From contig NOWV01000188.1 of NCBI GenBank assembly GCA_003344405.1, positions 124,001-151,579 of the forward strand: a stretch of DNA of 27,579 nucleotides, written 5' to 3'. The DNA is from Trichoplax sp. H2. Taxonomy: Eukaryota. Both the position numbers and the translations under genes were made by a program. Below are positions 25,660 through 27,579 of the stretch, piece by piece; the first letter of the stretch is position 1, and the number at the start of each line of letters is the position of its first letter. The notes below the pieces were generated by a model, which had not been told where the DNA came from, ran no database searches, and was given only the letters and a program-made list of their open reading frames with translations.

Positions 25660-26459
25660 GCTGTTGATGGATTCAATAGCCAATTGAATTTTCAAAGTCC
25701 AAATGGAGGAAAAGAAGAAAGTTGTTGAGTAGTAGAATGTTAGAGTGTGGATAGAATTCAGCTATCTAGCGTCAGGAATACGAGGGCAAGAGGGAGCCCG
25801 TAATAGAATTGTTCTCTAAAGATGACACTGTTTGAAGCTGTCTGCCTGTTGTTGTAGGAAGGTCGACGTCCACAGCAGCTTAGCCCACTATCCAGGCAAC
25901 TAACGATGACTACGTTGAATGTCAATTAGACAGTGGGTCATAGAATGGTATTTCAAGTGGTTTTGTCGTCGCTGCTATGCAAAAGGCCTTTTCCAACTGT
26001 CTTTCTCGTTTCTTCCTTTTGAGCTAGTCGTTATCGACTAGCACTAGACGTTTCCAACTACGACTGCACAATCAGTCACGCTAATTTTGGCAATATTGAT
26101 TGGAATAGTTTCCGTCTTTGACTTGTACAGACTAATTTTAAAACTAGCCAAGCATAGTTGAACTCTAATGGATGACAAAGAAAGGATGGAACTAGCGTTA
26201 AGAATGAAGAAGCTGATTGTCATGGACGTCTACAGAAAAAAAGGAAAGTTGCAAAAAGTGCTTTGGACCGCCATCAAACCACACAAGCTCCCCATCGATA
26301 TGAGTGTCCGGACTTTTGGAGAGGACTGTTTTTGAGTGGAGAGAACCAGTCTACATGCTCAATCAAGTTCTAGTGTTCATACAGATGGTTCAATCCGATT
26401 GAAACAAAGTTGGTTGTGTAATCGCTCTCCCGTGCTGTATTGTGCACTGTATACTGAAC

Positions 26460-27330
26460 CGTATCACGTGATTTATTACAGTACAGTACAGTACTGTACA
26501 CTGTACCGTACAAGTACTGTACGATGAAAAAAGAATTTCTTCATACTGTAGTACTGATTCTGCTCTGTAAAGTTGTCCATTGTGGTCCCAATGAGCCTCA
26601 GCGGAGAACACTAGTGAAGTGTACTGGACTGTACTGATTCTGCTCTGTAAGTACAGTACTGTACAGTGTACAGTACTGTCTACCTTACACTATACTGTAC
26701 ACTGTACTGTACAGTACAGTACAGTACACTGTTTTGTCTTTTCTTTCTTTCGTACAGTACAGTACTGTACTGTACACTGTTTTGTCTTTTCTTTCTTTCG
26801 TACAGTACAGTACACTACTGTACACTGTACAGTAATCCCTCTTACAAACCGTACCGTCTGTCTGCTGTCCGGGTACATTGTGGTGGTCCCAATGAGCCCC
26901 AGCGGGGAACGCTACGGTAGTGTACTGGACTCTACTGATTCTGCTCAGTAAAGTTGTCCCTTCTGGGCCACGTTAGTACAGTACAGTACATACAGTATTA
27001 TACTGTACTGTACTGTATTCCGCGTGTAGTGTACAGTACAGTACTGAACAGTACTGTACTATACTGTACAGTACTACAGTATACCGTACTGTACTGTGTA
27101 AAAGGACTACAGTACTGTGTACTGTACAGTATACTGTACTGTACAGTACACTGTGTTGTCTTTTCTTTCGTTTTTCTTTCTTTCGTACAGTACTGTACAG
27201 TACACTGTACAGTACTGCAGTCCCTCTTTCAGACCGTACCGTCTGTCTGCTGTCCGGGTATATTGTGGTCCCAATGAGCCCCAGCGGGGAACACTAGTGT
27301 AGTGTACTGGACAAATGCGACAGTACTGCT
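26460..27330. repeat. Higher-order repeat: (TACAG/CTGTA)n pentamer tracts interleaved with a conserved GC-rich module (3 copies); possibly Helitron-derived
   Basis: Module GGTCCCAATGAGCC(C/T)CAGCGG(G/A)GAAC(A/G)CTA...AGTGTACTGGAC at 26584, 26885 and 27267. TCCCTCTT.CA.ACCGTACCGTCTGTCTGCTGTCCGGGTA occurs twice, TACTGATTCTGCTC.GTAA three times, and TTGTCTTTTCTTT three times. Confidence 0.9.
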
Positions 27331-27579
27331 CTTTGGAGCGGTGGAGTAGACAAGAAAAATGATGATTTTAGCTAAGCCATTTCGGCCTGTGAGCGACTAC
27401 TCCTCGTCGCTCTTTCTTTCTTATTCCAACGTAGAAAAATTGTAAAAGATGGCGCAATGCATCAACTTAACTTCAATACTGACAGTAGGGGAAAAGGGCA
27501 ATTCAATGTAGATTGAAACAATACAATGGATATCTGTACTGCGCATGCTTATTAGCCCTCTGCCAAGTGAAGATACAGT

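Noticed and set aside
26336..27302. ORFs rich in Y/C/T/V/Q/S on both strands
   Set aside because: They are translations of the TACAG/CTGTA pentamer repeat and show no protein-like features.
26584..27312. Repeated GC-rich module with hairpin superficially like a CRISPR repeat
   Set aside because: Spacing is 300-380 bp, the intervening DNA is itself repetitive, the context is eukaryotic and no cas genes are present.

Overview
AT-rich, intron-dense animal genomic DNA with short introns and compact intergenic spacing. It is compatible with a placozoan such as Trichoplax, but the taxon is an inference. Hand splicing gives three protein-coding genes whose exon phases add up to open frames. (1) A 5'-truncated TRPM-family cation channel on + (20 exons, 21..11648). 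It has an invertebrate TRPM2-type pore (YGELFLDE) but a degenerate MHR1/2 ADP-ribose pocket and no C-terminal NUDT9-H domain. (2) Phosphorylase kinase gamma subunit on - (12 exons, 387 aa, 13163..17249). (3) An eIF4E-transporter (4E-T/EIF4ENIF1) homologue on - (about 15 exons, about 782 aa, 19301..25659). Two introns appear to need GC donors. Non-coding DNA holds very short (41-56 bp) hairpin elements, two with apparent target-site duplications, and several diverged intronic tandem repeats. A GTAC-rich higher-order repeat at 26.46-27.33 kb has units ending in a Helitron-like hairpin+CTAG. No prokaryotic systems, CRISPR arrays, tRNA or rRNA genes were seen.
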